Notes under the pieces: generated by a model | Told to the model about the DNA's origin: nothing | What the model saw: only the letters and a program-made list of their open reading frames with translations | The model's database searches: none | Translations under genes and position numbers: made by a program | IMG/VR virus record: IMGVR_UViG_3300032093_000079 | Direction: 5' to 3' (one strand) | DNA length: 64,000 nucleotides | From: an uncultured virus (IMG/VR IMGVR_UViG_3300032093_000079) | Lineage: Duplodnaviria > Heunggongvirae > Uroviricota > Caudoviricetes | Part shown: in pieces, positions 17,961 through 28,252 of the stretch | Numbering within the stretch: the stretch's first letter is position 1 | Layout: every line of letters starts with the position of its first letter

Positions 17961-18479
17961 ATGAAGAATCACGTCAAGTTATTCGAAGCCTTCGTTAACG
18001 AGGTTTCTAACAAAAAATGGAGAGAGATTGAGGCAAACTTACGCGGGAAAGGCATGCACCCATTCGCTGATCGTGTTGCTAGTCACAGAAAGGAGTATGC
18101 TAGCGATAAGGTAGCGAGTGAGATTAAGTTAATCGGTCGAAGCTCTTCAAGCTCTCCTTCCAAGAGGGAGTGCTATCTTTCTGTCACAGGAATAGACGTT
18201 ATCCCAGATAAGTTTTTCGATCAGGCTTTTACCATAATCGGAAAAGATGCTGATTGGGGAAATGTAAACATTCTTGTGCAGGTTAATAGAAAGGCACGTA
18301 GGCTTCACCTTTTTTTAGAAGATACTCTGGCGCTGCTTGCGACCGATCGTAAAAATGCTCAAGACCTAATTGATATGGCAGTCGAGGCAGGCGTGATCGA
18401 ACCCGGCACAATTGATTGGCGGACCTTTACTCAGGGTTACACTGATTTTGATGAGATCTATACTAAAATATCATTCTAA
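17961..18479 (+). CDS. Hypothetical protein with CTS-like N-terminus
   Basis: MKNHVKLFEAFVNE. Confidence 0.65.
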   Translation: MKNHVKLFEAFVNEVSNKKWREIEANLRGKGMHPFADRVASHRKEYASDKVASEIKLIGRSSSSSPSKRECYLSVTGIDVIPDKFFDQAFTIIGKDADWGNVNILVQVNRKARRLHLFLEDTLALLATDRKNAQDLIDMAVEAGVIEPGTIDWRTFTQGYTDFDEIYTKISF

Positions 18480-18576
18480 AGAAGTCATGATTCCTTTCTT
18501 CTATAAAGTTTTAGTATGATACATAAAAAATTAAAATAAATAATTAAAATAAATAATTAAAATAACTTAAAGATAC

Positions 18577-19395
18577 ATGGCATTTATCAATTGGGGAGAA
18601 GAATCAGAAGAACAAAAAGCAATTCGTCGAAAAATGGAAGATCAGATGATCTTTGAACAAATGATGTCTGCAGCTGCAGCAGCCGCGGCTGCTGCAGCAG
18701 GTAGTGGCGGTCGCGGAATATCTCTTCCTAAATATTGCGGTGGAGAAAAAGCAATATCTCCACAGAACAATTATTTTGACTTGCAGTATCTAATCAGCGA
18801 TCGCTATAGGATGACGGATGAGGACTTCGATACTTATGATAGACTTGTTGAAGATGATTTAGGGGTTGAGTTTAGGGCAGCTCGCGACCTCTATCTTAAA
18901 AAGCAAAGTGAAAATGCTGTCGCTCGAGAGTTAGGAAAAATTAGTAACATAGTTGAACTTCCTCCTCTGCCAGAATCTACGAAGTTCTATTCGAATGTGC
19001 TCACTGACTCTCAACATACTCAGTGGTTACCTGTGACTGAGTATGAAAGTTGGACTGAAGTGAAAGTGACGGGTTTTTCACCTGCAGACAAGATGCCAGG
19101 GGTAAAATACTTTAACTATTTGACTGAAGTAGCTTCACCCGCAAACCTACCGACTTCTGGAAATCCTGGAGAAATAGTACACGTTATGAGTGATGGAACA
19201 TTCTACTCTTGGGACCCAGATGCTGGTGAATTTACCTCAAATTTCTTTGAGACATATGTCGCAGACGTCGTATCAGTGCAAAGGGATAATAGTGGTGATG
19301 CTGCTAAATACAAAAATCAATTGAGTAATAGCATCACGTCTTTCCTATATGCAAACAAGTACATACTTGACTATAAAATAAAAAAATCTTTATAA
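18577..19395 (+). CDS. FINWG-module protein 2
   Basis: MAFINWGEESEEQKAIRRKMEDQMIFEQ + poly-Ala + GSGG. Confidence 0.7.
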   Translation: MAFINWGEESEEQKAIRRKMEDQMIFEQMMSAAAAAAAAAAGSGGRGISLPKYCGGEKAISPQNNYFDLQYLISDRYRMTDEDFDTYDRLVEDDLGVEFRAARDLYLKKQSENAVARELGKISNIVELPPLPESTKFYSNVLTDSQHTQWLPVTEYESWTEVKVTGFSPADKMPGVKYFNYLTEVASPANLPTSGNPGEIVHVMSDGTFYSWDPDAGEFTSNFFETYVADVVSVQRDNSGDAAKYKNQLSNSITSFLYANKYILDYKIKKSL

Positions 19396-19396
19396 T

Positions 19397-19780
19397 ATGC
19401 TATTTGATTTATCCGACTATGAGGTTCTTGGAATAATTGGATTAAACCAATTACCCGTAAGTGAAATAGCATGGAGCGATGCTGAAAACATCGCGATGAC
19501 AACGCTGGAAGCAATAGATAACCAAGTAGAAATATACCTTGAAAAATCAAACCTTGCTGTTTCTCCGTGTTCAGAAAAACTAAATGAGCTTCTTCAGCAA
19601 AGAATAGATTCATATAATGAACTTAATTTAAACTTTGAAACCTTTTGGACTGCCATGATAGCAGGAGATGCGACGCTGGCCGAATACGACCTATATCAAG
19701 GGTCAGTTAAAAACTACGTTAAAGCTATTCGCGAGATAATCGCTTTTATAGATGGAGATAGATTCAAGATCGTTAAATAG
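19397..19780 (+). CDS. Hypothetical protein
   Basis: 127-aa ORF coupled to upstream gene. Confidence 0.6.
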   Translation: MLFDLSDYEVLGIIGLNQLPVSEIAWSDAENIAMTTLEAIDNQVEIYLEKSNLAVSPCSEKLNELLQQRIDSYNELNLNFETFWTAMIAGDATLAEYDLYQGSVKNYVKAIREIIAFIDGDRFKIVK

Positions 19781-20321
19781 AGTAGAAGGACTCGAAGAAT
19801 TTATCGACCTAATTAAAAGAGCTAGAACTGATATCTCACATGAAGCTCTAAAAAAGGTTAGCCAGTTCATTCAAAGATCGGGCTGTAATAAAATCAGTTT
19901 TACTGAATTGGGAAGAAGAGCTGCGGGTTTTTCTAAACCCGGTGAGTGTCTTCTTAATCTAATTGTGCTAAATTTTCCCATTGAGTATTTCATGTACATC
20001 GTATTACATGAGATATCTCACCAATATCAATATCAAAAATACGGTTGTGACTATATGCTTGATGTTTATTCAAGTACAACTGATCTGCAAAAAGCTACTG
20101 ATAAGCTTTTATTTGCAGAAAAGGTAGCAGATCGGTTCGCTTTAATAAAGACTCATGAGATACTTGGACAAAAGGAAATAATTCCCAGATACTTAAACTT
20201 AACTGATTCGACCCACATTAAAAATTACATATCTAGTATTAGAATAGAAGCATCAGATAGAAAAGCTAAATCAATTGACGAGATAAATGAGGCAATCTTT
20301 TTTCTACTTAAAAATGAATAA
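19752..20321 (+). CDS. HExxH zinc-metallopeptidase-like protein
   Basis: VLHEISHQYQ and downstream AEKVAD. Confidence 0.55.
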   Translation: MEIDSRSLNRVEGLEEFIDLIKRARTDISHEALKKVSQFIQRSGCNKISFTELGRRAAGFSKPGECLLNLIVLNFPIEYFMYIVLHEISHQYQYQKYGCDYMLDVYSSTTDLQKATDKLLFAEKVADRFALIKTHEILGQKEIIPRYLNLTDSTHIKNYISSIRIEASDRKAKSIDEINEAIFFLLKNE

Positions 20322-20339
20322 TGAAAAAAGAAATTTGAG

Positions 20340-20459
20340 TTACCCTTTAGAATTAACCCCTTGATTAGAGCTGCCGTATGCATCACAAGAAGGCTTGCTT
20401 GATTTACAAGAACTAAGAAGGAAGAGTACGATCGATGCAATTATTATTAGAGCTTTCAT
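20340..20459 (-). CDS. Small lipoprotein (39 aa)
   Basis: Hand translation MKALIIIASIVLFLLSSCKSSKPSCDAYGSSNQGVNSKG; lipobox LSSC. Confidence 0.65.
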   Translation of the reverse strand: MKALIIIASIVLFLLSSCKSSKPSCDAYGSSNQGVNSKG

Positions 20460-20467
20460 AGTTATAT

Positions 20468-21112
20468 TTATTTAAAGGGGGTTTCGATTTTTTGTGAACT
20501 CTCAAATCCTTTAATGATGGCATCAGTCCTCTCTAAGGATTCCTTTCGCACAGCCTGTTTTACTTTCTCTGGAGCATTAGGATAACTGTTCACGTATTCA
20601 CTTGTGCCTCCGCTTCTTATCAGACCTAATTTAGATTTGACCTTAACTGTTTCCCTCTGATAGATTAACTGCTTTGTCCTATTCATAAGAGTGGACTTAG
20701 CTTTGTTCCAATTAAAACTGGAATTAAGGAAGGCTACCTCCTTTAGATAAAAAGCCATTGCTTTTTCTCTATCAAACTCAGCTTTAGGCTTACATAGGTT
20801 CAAGATGGACAGGATCTCCCTTTCGTTTTCTTCAAACACTCTAATCTTTAGGTCGGCAATCCTTTGGTCGAGCATTATCTTTCGGTTGATTAAACCCTTT
20901 TTTAATCGATCCTGGTTTAATTTAGCCCAGCTTTTACTGTATTCTCGATCCATTTTTTCTTTGACTGGATCAAGGTATCGAGCTTTTCTTAATTCTCTAG
21001 TACATTTTTTGCAACTTAAATGAAGGCATGCACCATATGTGTATTCATAGAATTCAGTCTCACCATGATTTTTACACACCTTAATTATGGTCTCGTGCTT
21101 GGGTTTTTTCAT
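20468..21112 (-). CDS. Basic hypothetical protein with N-terminal Zn-binding motif
   Basis: CKNHG...CKKC. Confidence 0.55.
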   Translation of the reverse strand: MKKPKHETIIKVCKNHGETEFYEYTYGACLHLSCKKCTRELRKARYLDPVKEKMDREYSKSWAKLNQDRLKKGLINRKIMLDQRIADLKIRVFEENEREILSILNLCKPKAEFDREKAMAFYLKEVAFLNSSFNWNKAKSTLMNRTKQLIYQRETVKVKSKLGLIRSGGTSEYVNSYPNAPEKVKQAVRKESLERTDAIIKGFESSQKIETPFK

Positions 21113-21141
21113 GTTTATAATATACTATAAAACTTTAAAAA

Positions 21142-21516
21142 TTAAAAATTAATTTTCATGAGATTTTCAGCTGAATAGTAATCGACCTCTAGCTGACCCA
21201 ACTCAATGTCACCGTTCGCATCCGCTTTAACGACGAAACGATCAATTCGAGGACGATCCTCATTTTCAAAACGAGCATCCATTTCTCGTAAAACATACAC
21301 AGTAGTATCAAGCTCTTTGGCAAGTTTTTTTACGTCATCGATGCTTAGAGTGATGTCAATGTCTCCATACCAGATTTTTACTGGATTGTCTTCTCCGATC
21401 ACTATGTTCGAATTAAAGACCGTTAGGTTGTTGGGATGATTTCTCATGTAGCCAGACTTGGATCCAGAGATCATGCGACCGTTCCAACCAAGTATTTTTT
21501 CTGCTGTTTCTTTCAT
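21142..21516 (-). CDS. Conserved phage hypothetical protein
   Basis: GRMISGSKSGY...KIWYGDID...YVLRE. Confidence 0.65.
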   Translation of the reverse strand: MKETAEKILGWNGRMISGSKSGYMRNHPNNLTVFNSNIVIGEDNPVKIWYGDIDITLSIDDVKKLAKELDTTVYVLREMDARFENEDRPRIDRFVVKADANGDIELGQLEVDYYSAENLMKINF

Positions 21517-21761
21517 TTTATAAGTTTTATTTTTTTGATTTTTCCGTTTCTTTTTGTCTTGTACTTGACCCGTGTAGTATCCACGAATATGTAGTATCCT
21601 TCATCCAAGCACAGACAGTTCCACTCACAAGTCTCATGATAGTATAGATGGACGTGGATCCGTTCAGTCTTTTTACATCTCAAGTAAGTAAACTCCTGAT
21701 GCTGCCAATTAGCACAGCTTGTAAAAAGAAAGAGCAATATTACATAAAGGGTAATTTTCAT
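21513..21761 (-). CDS. Putative lipoprotein
   Basis: Signal peptide ending LFTSC. Confidence 0.55.
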   Translation of the reverse strand: MKITLYVILLFLFTSCANWQHQEFTYLRCKKTERIHVHLYYHETCEWNCLCLDEGYYIFVDTTRVKYKTKRNGKIKKIKLIK

Positions 21762-22006
21762 AAATTATTAGAGTATGAGATAGTTAATTCTTCCATGTTA
21801 GTCCCTAAACCGCCAAATCATTCCATCCCATAAAGCATCTCCATGAGATATCCATGAACTGTGAGATCTAATCCTTCAAAATCTACTTTTCGTAGTTTTC
21901 CAAAGTGTACTTCTGTCTGGCTCATTTTGTTTTCTAAATTTTAATATAAGATACTAATAATCTGATCTGTTTAAAAATTATGATTCTATTATTTTTTTGA
22001 ATATAA

Positions 22007-22612
22007 TTAAGTATTTAATGAATCAGGAAAGTAGGCTAAGGTCGGGTTCTTCTTTTGGATGTCTATTTCAGGAAACCTTTCTGAAAATGATTTGACATCG
22101 AACCGTTCAGTAATCAGATGATACCCATTCTTAGTAGGGATTTCACTTATGATTTTATCTTTACCGAAAGGTTCACAACTGTCAATCGCAAGTTTAACAT
22201 TGAATAACTCTTTAGTATCTTTACTATCAATATCAACAATCCAACGTTTTTCTTGAGTCTTGATTTGACCAACAACAGAATCAAATAAACCTTTCTGTCT
22301 ATGATTACCGTCCTGGATTCTTTGAGCCAGTGCAACCATCATATTTAAAGATACATCTCGATGATTCTGTTTTTGAACGTGGATGTAGGCTCGTGCCTTA
22401 AACATCTCGCAAAGCTGCTTGATCTCATCCCAGCGTCTCTCCAGGTGATCTATGCTCTCGATACAATAGGATTTAATGGTTCGAACTGACTGGTGATTGT
22501 CGCGTTCCCTCTCGGGCTGATCCTTCTTACGTTTAAACACATAGAGCATGTAAAAATCTCCAGTCTCTGAAAAGTTAAGTAAAGGTTTGACCAGTTCAAG
22601 ATTGTCTATCAT
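22007..22612 (-). CDS. Putative AEP/PrimPol-fold protein
   Basis: WIVDID and PTKNGYHL resemble AEP motifs I and II; likely start MIDNLEL. Confidence 0.5.
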   Translation of the reverse strand: MIDNLELVKPLLNFSETGDFYMLYVFKRKKDQPERERDNHQSVRTIKSYCIESIDHLERRWDEIKQLCEMFKARAYIHVQKQNHRDVSLNMMVALAQRIQDGNHRQKGLFDSVVGQIKTQEKRWIVDIDSKDTKELFNVKLAIDSCEPFGKDKIISEIPTKNGYHLITERFDVKSFSERFPEIDIQKKNPTLAYFPDSLNT

Positions 22613-22649
22613 GGGAATATTATACACAAAAAACAGATAAATAAAAAAT

Positions 22650-23168
22650 ATGAAGTACATTAAATTATACGAAGATTTTGGAGATATCGTATACGATGCG
22701 ATACTGATAGGCGGTCTTGACTATAGAAGAGGAGACTTTCCCATTGATAAACAAGTCGAGATGTTGAAAAAGACGTATGGCGCTAACAAAAAAGTAAAGG
22801 GCTTTAGATACAAAGAACCGACCAAAAAAATATTGGACTTCCTAAAAGAAAATCCAAAACGAGGAGTCGATATCTACATGTTTAGTGCGGGTTGCGGTAA
22901 GGCAGAAGACCTTGCTAAGAGTCCAGACGTTGATCCCAAACGTATATTCATTATCGAACCCTATGCATCAAGCTCTAGAACAAAAAAGATAGTTGAGAAT
23001 GCGGTTAAGGCAGGAGTGCCAGCACAAAACGTGTATGTTGGACCAAGCGTTCCTCGAGGAAAGGGAATCGTAGCTGGTGCATCTAACTCAAACAGCAGCG
23101 ATCACTGGGGAGCCCTAAAAATGTATAAAAAGACCAGCCCTTCTCCTGAAAAGGATCAGTTGACTTAA
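22650..23168 (+). CDS. Putative minimal alpha/beta hydrolase with CTS-like N-terminus
   Basis: MKYIKLYEDF; ILIGG, MFSAG nucleophile-elbow-like motif, IIEP, C-terminal DH. Confidence 0.5.
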   Translation: MKYIKLYEDFGDIVYDAILIGGLDYRRGDFPIDKQVEMLKKTYGANKKVKGFRYKEPTKKILDFLKENPKRGVDIYMFSAGCGKAEDLAKSPDVDPKRIFIIEPYASSSRTKKIVENAVKAGVPAQNVYVGPSVPRGKGIVAGASNSNSSDHWGALKMYKKTSPSPEKDQLT

Positions 23169-23503
23169 TCGATTACCTTTTCAACATAGGTACAGGTCTC
23201 GCCTGCATCAAATCCTTTTTCTATTAGGAGAGGCAGGGAAGCGGGTTTACACCACGCATAGACTAGGTAGCCTCGATACTTTTGTTGAACGTATTCCCAT
23301 CGAGCGTCCCAAAGCTTTCTAAATATTCCCTTACGCCGATGGTCTTCGTGAACCCAAGCGTCTAGAAACTTGATCTTTTTGTTCTCCTCTCTTTCCATGT
23401 AGATGTGACCGACTATCTCGCCGTTTACCATGGCAATCCAGGTCTCAAGACGCTGTGCGTTACTCTTTAGGTGAATCGCTTTGATATCCTCAATCATTTC
23501 CAA
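23165..23503 (-). CDS. GNAT acetyltransferase
   Basis: WVHEDHRRKGIF motif A; KGF. Confidence 0.8.
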   Translation of the reverse strand: MEMIEDIKAIHLKSNAQRLETWIAMVNGEIVGHIYMEREENKKIKFLDAWVHEDHRRKGIFRKLWDARWEYVQQKYRGYLVYAWCKPASLPLLIEKGFDAGETCTYVEKVID

Positions 23504-23720
23504 GAAGACGTTGTATTACTGCGGACGGCAGACCCTCATATAGAGGAACGTTTCTAAACAGTTGAGGGTGAGTAAACTCATCAACTATCGTGAACTCAAC
23601 GTCAGCTCCCTCAGTCAATTCAAATTCTGAAGAAAAGACGGGAATCGTTCTGATTTTGCTATAAGCGTTTCGGTATTCCACCATGCGTTCGCCTTCGCTA
23701 ATTATGATCTTACCTTTCAT
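23490..23720 (-). CDS. Hypothetical protein
   Basis: Overlapping operon ORF. Confidence 0.5.
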   Translation of the reverse strand: MKGKIIISEGERMVEYRNAYSKIRTIPVFSSEFELTEGADVEFTIVDEFTHPQLFRNVPLYEGLPSAVIQRLLGND

Positions 23721-23928
23721 CTTCGTTTATTATTGATTTTAACCTTATGATTTCTTTAATCACATCATCGCCAATCTCGATCTTTGACAACATGGTCAGC
23801 TCAATTACTTGACCTTCCAATAGATCAATCAATTGATCTCGCGCATCCTCTCCCTGTTCTAGGTATTTTTTGCGAACCGCTCGACCCAATTCTGAGTCAT
23901 TAGGGTATTTTTTTATTAACTCTTTCAT
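23710..23928 (-). CDS. Hypothetical protein
   Basis: YPND.ELG..VR motif. Confidence 0.55.
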   Translation of the reverse strand: MKELIKKYPNDSELGRAVRKKYLEQGEDARDQLIDLLEGQVIELTMLSKIEIGDDVIKEIIRLKSIINEDER

Positions 23929-24119
23929 GCTAATTATTAATTATTTTCCATTGCTGAATCCCATTGCCTTTTGTTCTTTTACTTTAGTGGTCTTCTTAAG
24001 TTCTTCTCGAATACGTTCGATTTCAGAATGTATGTTCTTCTTTTCATGTACATAATATACTATATTGAAATCTATTTTTAAAATATGAGTAAGATAAATA
24101 ATTAAAATAACTTTTTAAC

Positions 24120-26912
24120 ATGTCATTTATTAACTGGGGTCATGAGACACCTGAACAAAAGGAGATCAGAAGAAAAATGGAAGAGCGAATGATATTCGAA
24201 CAAATGTCATATAATGCGGCAATGGCAGCAGCTGCTGCGGGAAGCGGCAGATTGCCTCGAACTAAGCAGGGTCAAACTTCATCGTATACGTATGAATCCG
24301 AGACCGGTCAATTTTATATTGGAATAATGGATTTTGAAAAAAAATCATTTCCTGCAGTATTTAATACTGGTCTTAATACTAGTGAAGATTGGTACTATGA
24401 CGATAATAACTACGATGGGACGTACATTGTTCAAGATCGCGGGTATCTAATGACGTTTAGTAATAACAGTTCGGCTGATCGAGTATTCTTCTTCTTTAGT
24501 GCAGGAGGAGGGCTTATCCAAAAATTAGAACTTACCACAATAGACACTAGCATATACAGTGCAAATGGTAATTTTATTGTAGTATGTGATTGGGATGCAT
24601 ATAAACTATGGTGGTTCGATGGATTAGAAGTAAGGACTGAAGATCTTTCACAAGATACGATTGAGTGGGATTATTCGGATGACAACTTATCAGGATTTTT
24701 TATAACATCATATACTGCTGAAGGTGATGGGCCCGAAGCTCCTGGTTTCTACAATGTCTTCTTTACTGACGAATCTGGATTAAAGTTGATACGTAAAATT
24801 GAGGTTGATCAATTTGAAAACTATTACTTAGAAGTATACGAAAACTCAAATATTTTTAGGCTAGCTGTCTATAATGGTGATGATAATGAGTGGAAGAACA
24901 TTTATTATTATGATAACGCTGGCGTTGAACTAGCAAGTCTTGACTTATCTGCTGGTAATTATACTGGTAAATTTGCAGATGTTTTTGGTGCAGGTAAACA
25001 TGTCGATACCTTCTATAATAATACTGAATACTTTATATGTTATTATGATGAAGTAGTCGGTAATCTATTGACCACTACTCATGATCGAGTAAATTATCCT
25101 AATTTTGTAGTTAAGGGCCAATATCGAAATAACGGTAGTCAATACGATATTATAACTGAAAACGGGCTAATTACATTCTCAGACGATCTTGGGTATAACA
25201 AAGACTTGCGTGATGTGACATATTGTGATTTTATTCGATTATATGACGGAATGGAGGACTTATCGACAGTATATACTTTTGCTGACAACGAACCAAAGGC
25301 AATTAATTGGGACCAGATTCACGTTGCAGACTCAATATATTTGCCAGTATGTACAGATAGAGATGCGGTTCTACCTCAATTAGCTTACTTAAATTTTAAT
25401 AGTAACGGTAATATTGGTACATCTCCGTTAATTTCATTTGATGATTACGATTATTTTAATACTTATGAGTTAGGTAATCGATATCTAATTGATGCATATC
25501 TAGATGAGACTGACTCTCCTGGAAAATATTTTATAACAACGAAAGACGGTGATAGCTTTTTAGAGTACTCATATGACGTTAGGGATTCAAATTATTGGGA
25601 GAAAGAAGGAAATATAGTAGTATGGAGAAATTCAAGCGATACTGATTTTCAATCATATTATTTACCGGCTGAAGATCCCGCACCGTTTACGGCGAATATA
25701 TTGCCTCCATTTGGACGAATCCAGACAACTTCAACATATCGCCAAAAAGATAAACTGTATCCAGGAAATCTCTTGATCCAGAGCGGAGAAGGTCGTCGAT
25801 TGTATCTATTTAATGATATTGGTGAAGATAGCATATCTGATGGCGGTGATGACATGTACGATGGTGGAAATCGTTTAAACACTGATCTTGCATCTGAGAT
25901 TGCATATACTCATACTCAAATGGAGGTAATACCTGATGTATTTAGCCAAAATGATGAAGCTACTCTAAGTGTGTTTGAAATGGACGGAGCAGTAGTCGTT
26001 GGTGATGCTGACTTTGGAACAGGTTCACAATACTTTACTAACTTATATCCTGGATTATTTACGATGGTTGCTAAAGACGTAGATATCACTGAATTTTTTA
26101 TAACGGGTTCAACTGGAATTGACACTAACGGATATAATACACTTGATTCATATGAAGTAACAGTAGGTGGTAATGAATATACTGCATTCCTAAAGACTAC
26201 TACTGGTGGAGGTAGTGACATGGACGGCGAGTCTGATCCAACTATTAATCAAATCATAATTGTAAATGCACAAGATGCTGCATTAATTCAAGAGGTCGAT
26301 ACTGACCTTGATACTAATAATGATTATCACAAGATACTTGGACTAGATACTGCTGGCGTAACTGAAGTACACTATCTTCTAATGTCAACATATAATGAGT
26401 CAGTTCAGCACGGATTCACTGAAACAGATTTTCATAATGTGGTTGACGCATATTTAGCTATCGTTGATGATTTATCAATATCTGCTACATTAACTGCACT
26501 AAATGAAGATTATTCTCTTATAACTGACCAGATTACAAACACTGAATCGTATACTTTAACTTTAGTTAAAGCTGATGGCTCAGTAATCGAAAAGGATTCG
26601 GTATTCTATAATGAAGGATTGGATTTAGGGCCGAATATGTGTGCATGTGCATACAATAATGAAGATGGTTTTGCATGTGTTGATGTATACGATATCGACT
26701 TAGAATTAATTTCAACGTATGTATCTAACGAGACTAACGTAAATACTGTTAGAATAATTGATAATCGATTATATATCGTGACTAACTATTTTGATGAAAA
26801 TGAGGATGAACATTCAATTATTGCAATAATGAAAGGAGATTCATTTATCAGGAAAGAATACATAAACAATGATGACTGGCGAACATCAAACGATTATGCA
26901 GCGTGGTACTAA
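24120..26912 (+). CDS. FINWG-module protein 3; large acidic beta-rich putative virion/fibre protein
   Basis: 930 aa, D/N/Y-rich, MSFINWGHETPEQ start, late motif at 24093. Confidence 0.7.
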   Translation: MSFINWGHETPEQKEIRRKMEERMIFEQMSYNAAMAAAAAGSGRLPRTKQGQTSSYTYESETGQFYIGIMDFEKKSFPAVFNTGLNTSEDWYYDDNNYDGTYIVQDRGYLMTFSNNSSADRVFFFFSAGGGLIQKLELTTIDTSIYSANGNFIVVCDWDAYKLWWFDGLEVRTEDLSQDTIEWDYSDDNLSGFFITSYTAEGDGPEAPGFYNVFFTDESGLKLIRKIEVDQFENYYLEVYENSNIFRLAVYNGDDNEWKNIYYYDNAGVELASLDLSAGNYTGKFADVFGAGKHVDTFYNNTEYFICYYDEVVGNLLTTTHDRVNYPNFVVKGQYRNNGSQYDIITENGLITFSDDLGYNKDLRDVTYCDFIRLYDGMEDLSTVYTFADNEPKAINWDQIHVADSIYLPVCTDRDAVLPQLAYLNFNSNGNIGTSPLISFDDYDYFNTYELGNRYLIDAYLDETDSPGKYFITTKDGDSFLEYSYDVRDSNYWEKEGNIVVWRNSSDTDFQSYYLPAEDPAPFTANILPPFGRIQTTSTYRQKDKLYPGNLLIQSGEGRRLYLFNDIGEDSISDGGDDMYDGGNRLNTDLASEIAYTHTQMEVIPDVFSQNDEATLSVFEMDGAVVVGDADFGTGSQYFTNLYPGLFTMVAKDVDITEFFITGSTGIDTNGYNTLDSYEVTVGGNEYTAFLKTTTGGGSDMDGESDPTINQIIIVNAQDAALIQEVDTDLDTNNDYHKILGLDTAGVTEVHYLLMSTYNESVQHGFTETDFHNVVDAYLAIVDDLSISATLTALNEDYSLITDQITNTESYTLTLVKADGSVIEKDSVFYNEGLDLGPNMCACAYNNEDGFACVDVYDIDLELISTYVSNETNVNTVRIIDNRLYIVTNYFDENEDEHSIIAIMKGDSFIRKEYINNDDWRTSNDYAAWY

Positions 26913-26932
26913 TTAAAAAAATAAAAACACTT

Positions 26933-27211
26933 ATGAAATATTTTATTGACGTTACGATACTAGATTTAAAAACAAATACTGTTGCTCAAAAAATGGATTA
27001 CGATGTTAATTTTGCGGATGATGCGACTGTAACAATTGAGTCTGTGAAATCTGAATTATCACAATGGGTGGTTATTCCTCGGGATAAGGTCTTAATAAAT
27101 GAAAAAACTAAGATTAAGGGAAGTATTCAAGAAGATTCAGCGACAGTTAGTGATAAAACTAAGGTTTATTATACTGCACATCTTCAACAAAAAGTAAAAG
27201 ATCAAAAATAA
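26933..27211 (+). CDS. Hypothetical protein
   Basis: Likely start MKYFIDV. Confidence 0.55.
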   Translation: MKYFIDVTILDLKTNTVAQKMDYDVNFADDATVTIESVKSELSQWVVIPRDKVLINEKTKIKGSIQEDSATVSDKTKVYYTAHLQQKVKDQK

Positions 27212-27952
27212 TTAACTGACGATTGGGATAATAATCCCTTCGACAAACTTTTGCATATCCTCGGTACTTATGGTGTCGAGGGTATCTTTTTTAGTATGAC
27301 AGTTAAACAGCATCGAATAGTCAAGATAGGAACTTTCCCACATCACTTGGCTTGTGCCCTCTTCTAAAATAGGCAAGGGATTGATTACGACAGAGTCAAT
27401 TCCGTTTCTCCTAAAGATCACCGAATCATTAAATGGCGTACTAACTATCGGGCAATCAAAGATCCCTCTAATGTGATCTAGTAACCTACCCGGATAATTT
27501 CCAACAAAGAAAGTAGAACCTCCACGACCCGTCAGCTCAAGGTTAAGCACCCAGTCAACCTCTCCAAAGTCTCCATCAAGTATCTGTTCAGACAGGTATT
27601 GTGCACCCAAGCCACCGACCTCCTCACCATCCAACAGAACGACGGTCACCTCAGGTTTAAGCAACTTGGTTGCGATCGCATTGATCACTGATGCTGAGTT
27701 GTCGTTTGCGTTATCTATATTTGGATTCACGATATCGTGATGAGCTGTGATAATTTTACTTGAGCTTCCTCGCAAGACTATATTAAATCCAATAGTATTT
27801 TCGTCTACCTTAAACTCATGAAGTTCAGAATTAAGGCCAAGTTCAGAGGTCAGATCCATCAAGAATTTTACTCGAGGTGTTTGAGTTAATCCGTTTTTGT
27901 AGATTGAGCCAAAGTTACGAACCTTACAGAAATCATATATCTTATCGTACAT
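27212..27952 (-). CDS. M28-family zinc peptidase-like protein
   Basis: ITAHHD, NANDNSASV, DGEEVG..GA, LNLELTG, C-terminal H. Confidence 0.8.
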   Translation of the reverse strand: MYDKIYDFCKVRNFGSIYKNGLTQTPRVKFLMDLTSELGLNSELHEFKVDENTIGFNIVLRGSSSKIITAHHDIVNPNIDNANDNSASVINAIATKLLKPEVTVVLLDGEEVGGLGAQYLSEQILDGDFGEVDWVLNLELTGRGGSTFFVGNYPGRLLDHIRGIFDCPIVSTPFNDSVIFRRNGIDSVVINPLPILEEGTSQVMWESSYLDYSMLFNCHTKKDTLDTISTEDMQKFVEGIIIPIVS

Positions 27953-27992
27953 GAATATATTATACTAAGATAGAGGATTATAATAAAATGGA

Positions 27993-28217
27993 CTAGTCTA
28001 ATTTTAAACCGCTTTCGCTTTTTAATTCATGAAGATGATCACGAACCTTTTCTAGAGCTTTATATACTTCTCCAGTAATTGAATCGTTATACTTTAATTC
28101 AGATCGTAAATGTTGATCTAGGTCCCACACTAACATTTTCCATTTCCATCCATTGATGGCCGATTCCATATCTTCTCGGTCTTCAGTAGGATCGAATTCT
28201 AAGATTACTTTTGCCAT
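27993..28217 (-). CDS. Conserved small phage protein
   Basis: ILEF...W...WDLDQ.LR...KY pattern. Confidence 0.6.
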   Translation of the reverse strand: MAKVILEFDPTEDREDMESAINGWKWKMLVWDLDQHLRSELKYNDSITGEVYKALEKVRDHLHELKSESGLKLD

Positions 28218-28252
28218 ATTGTTTATGTTATACTCGACTGGGTTAAAAGGTT

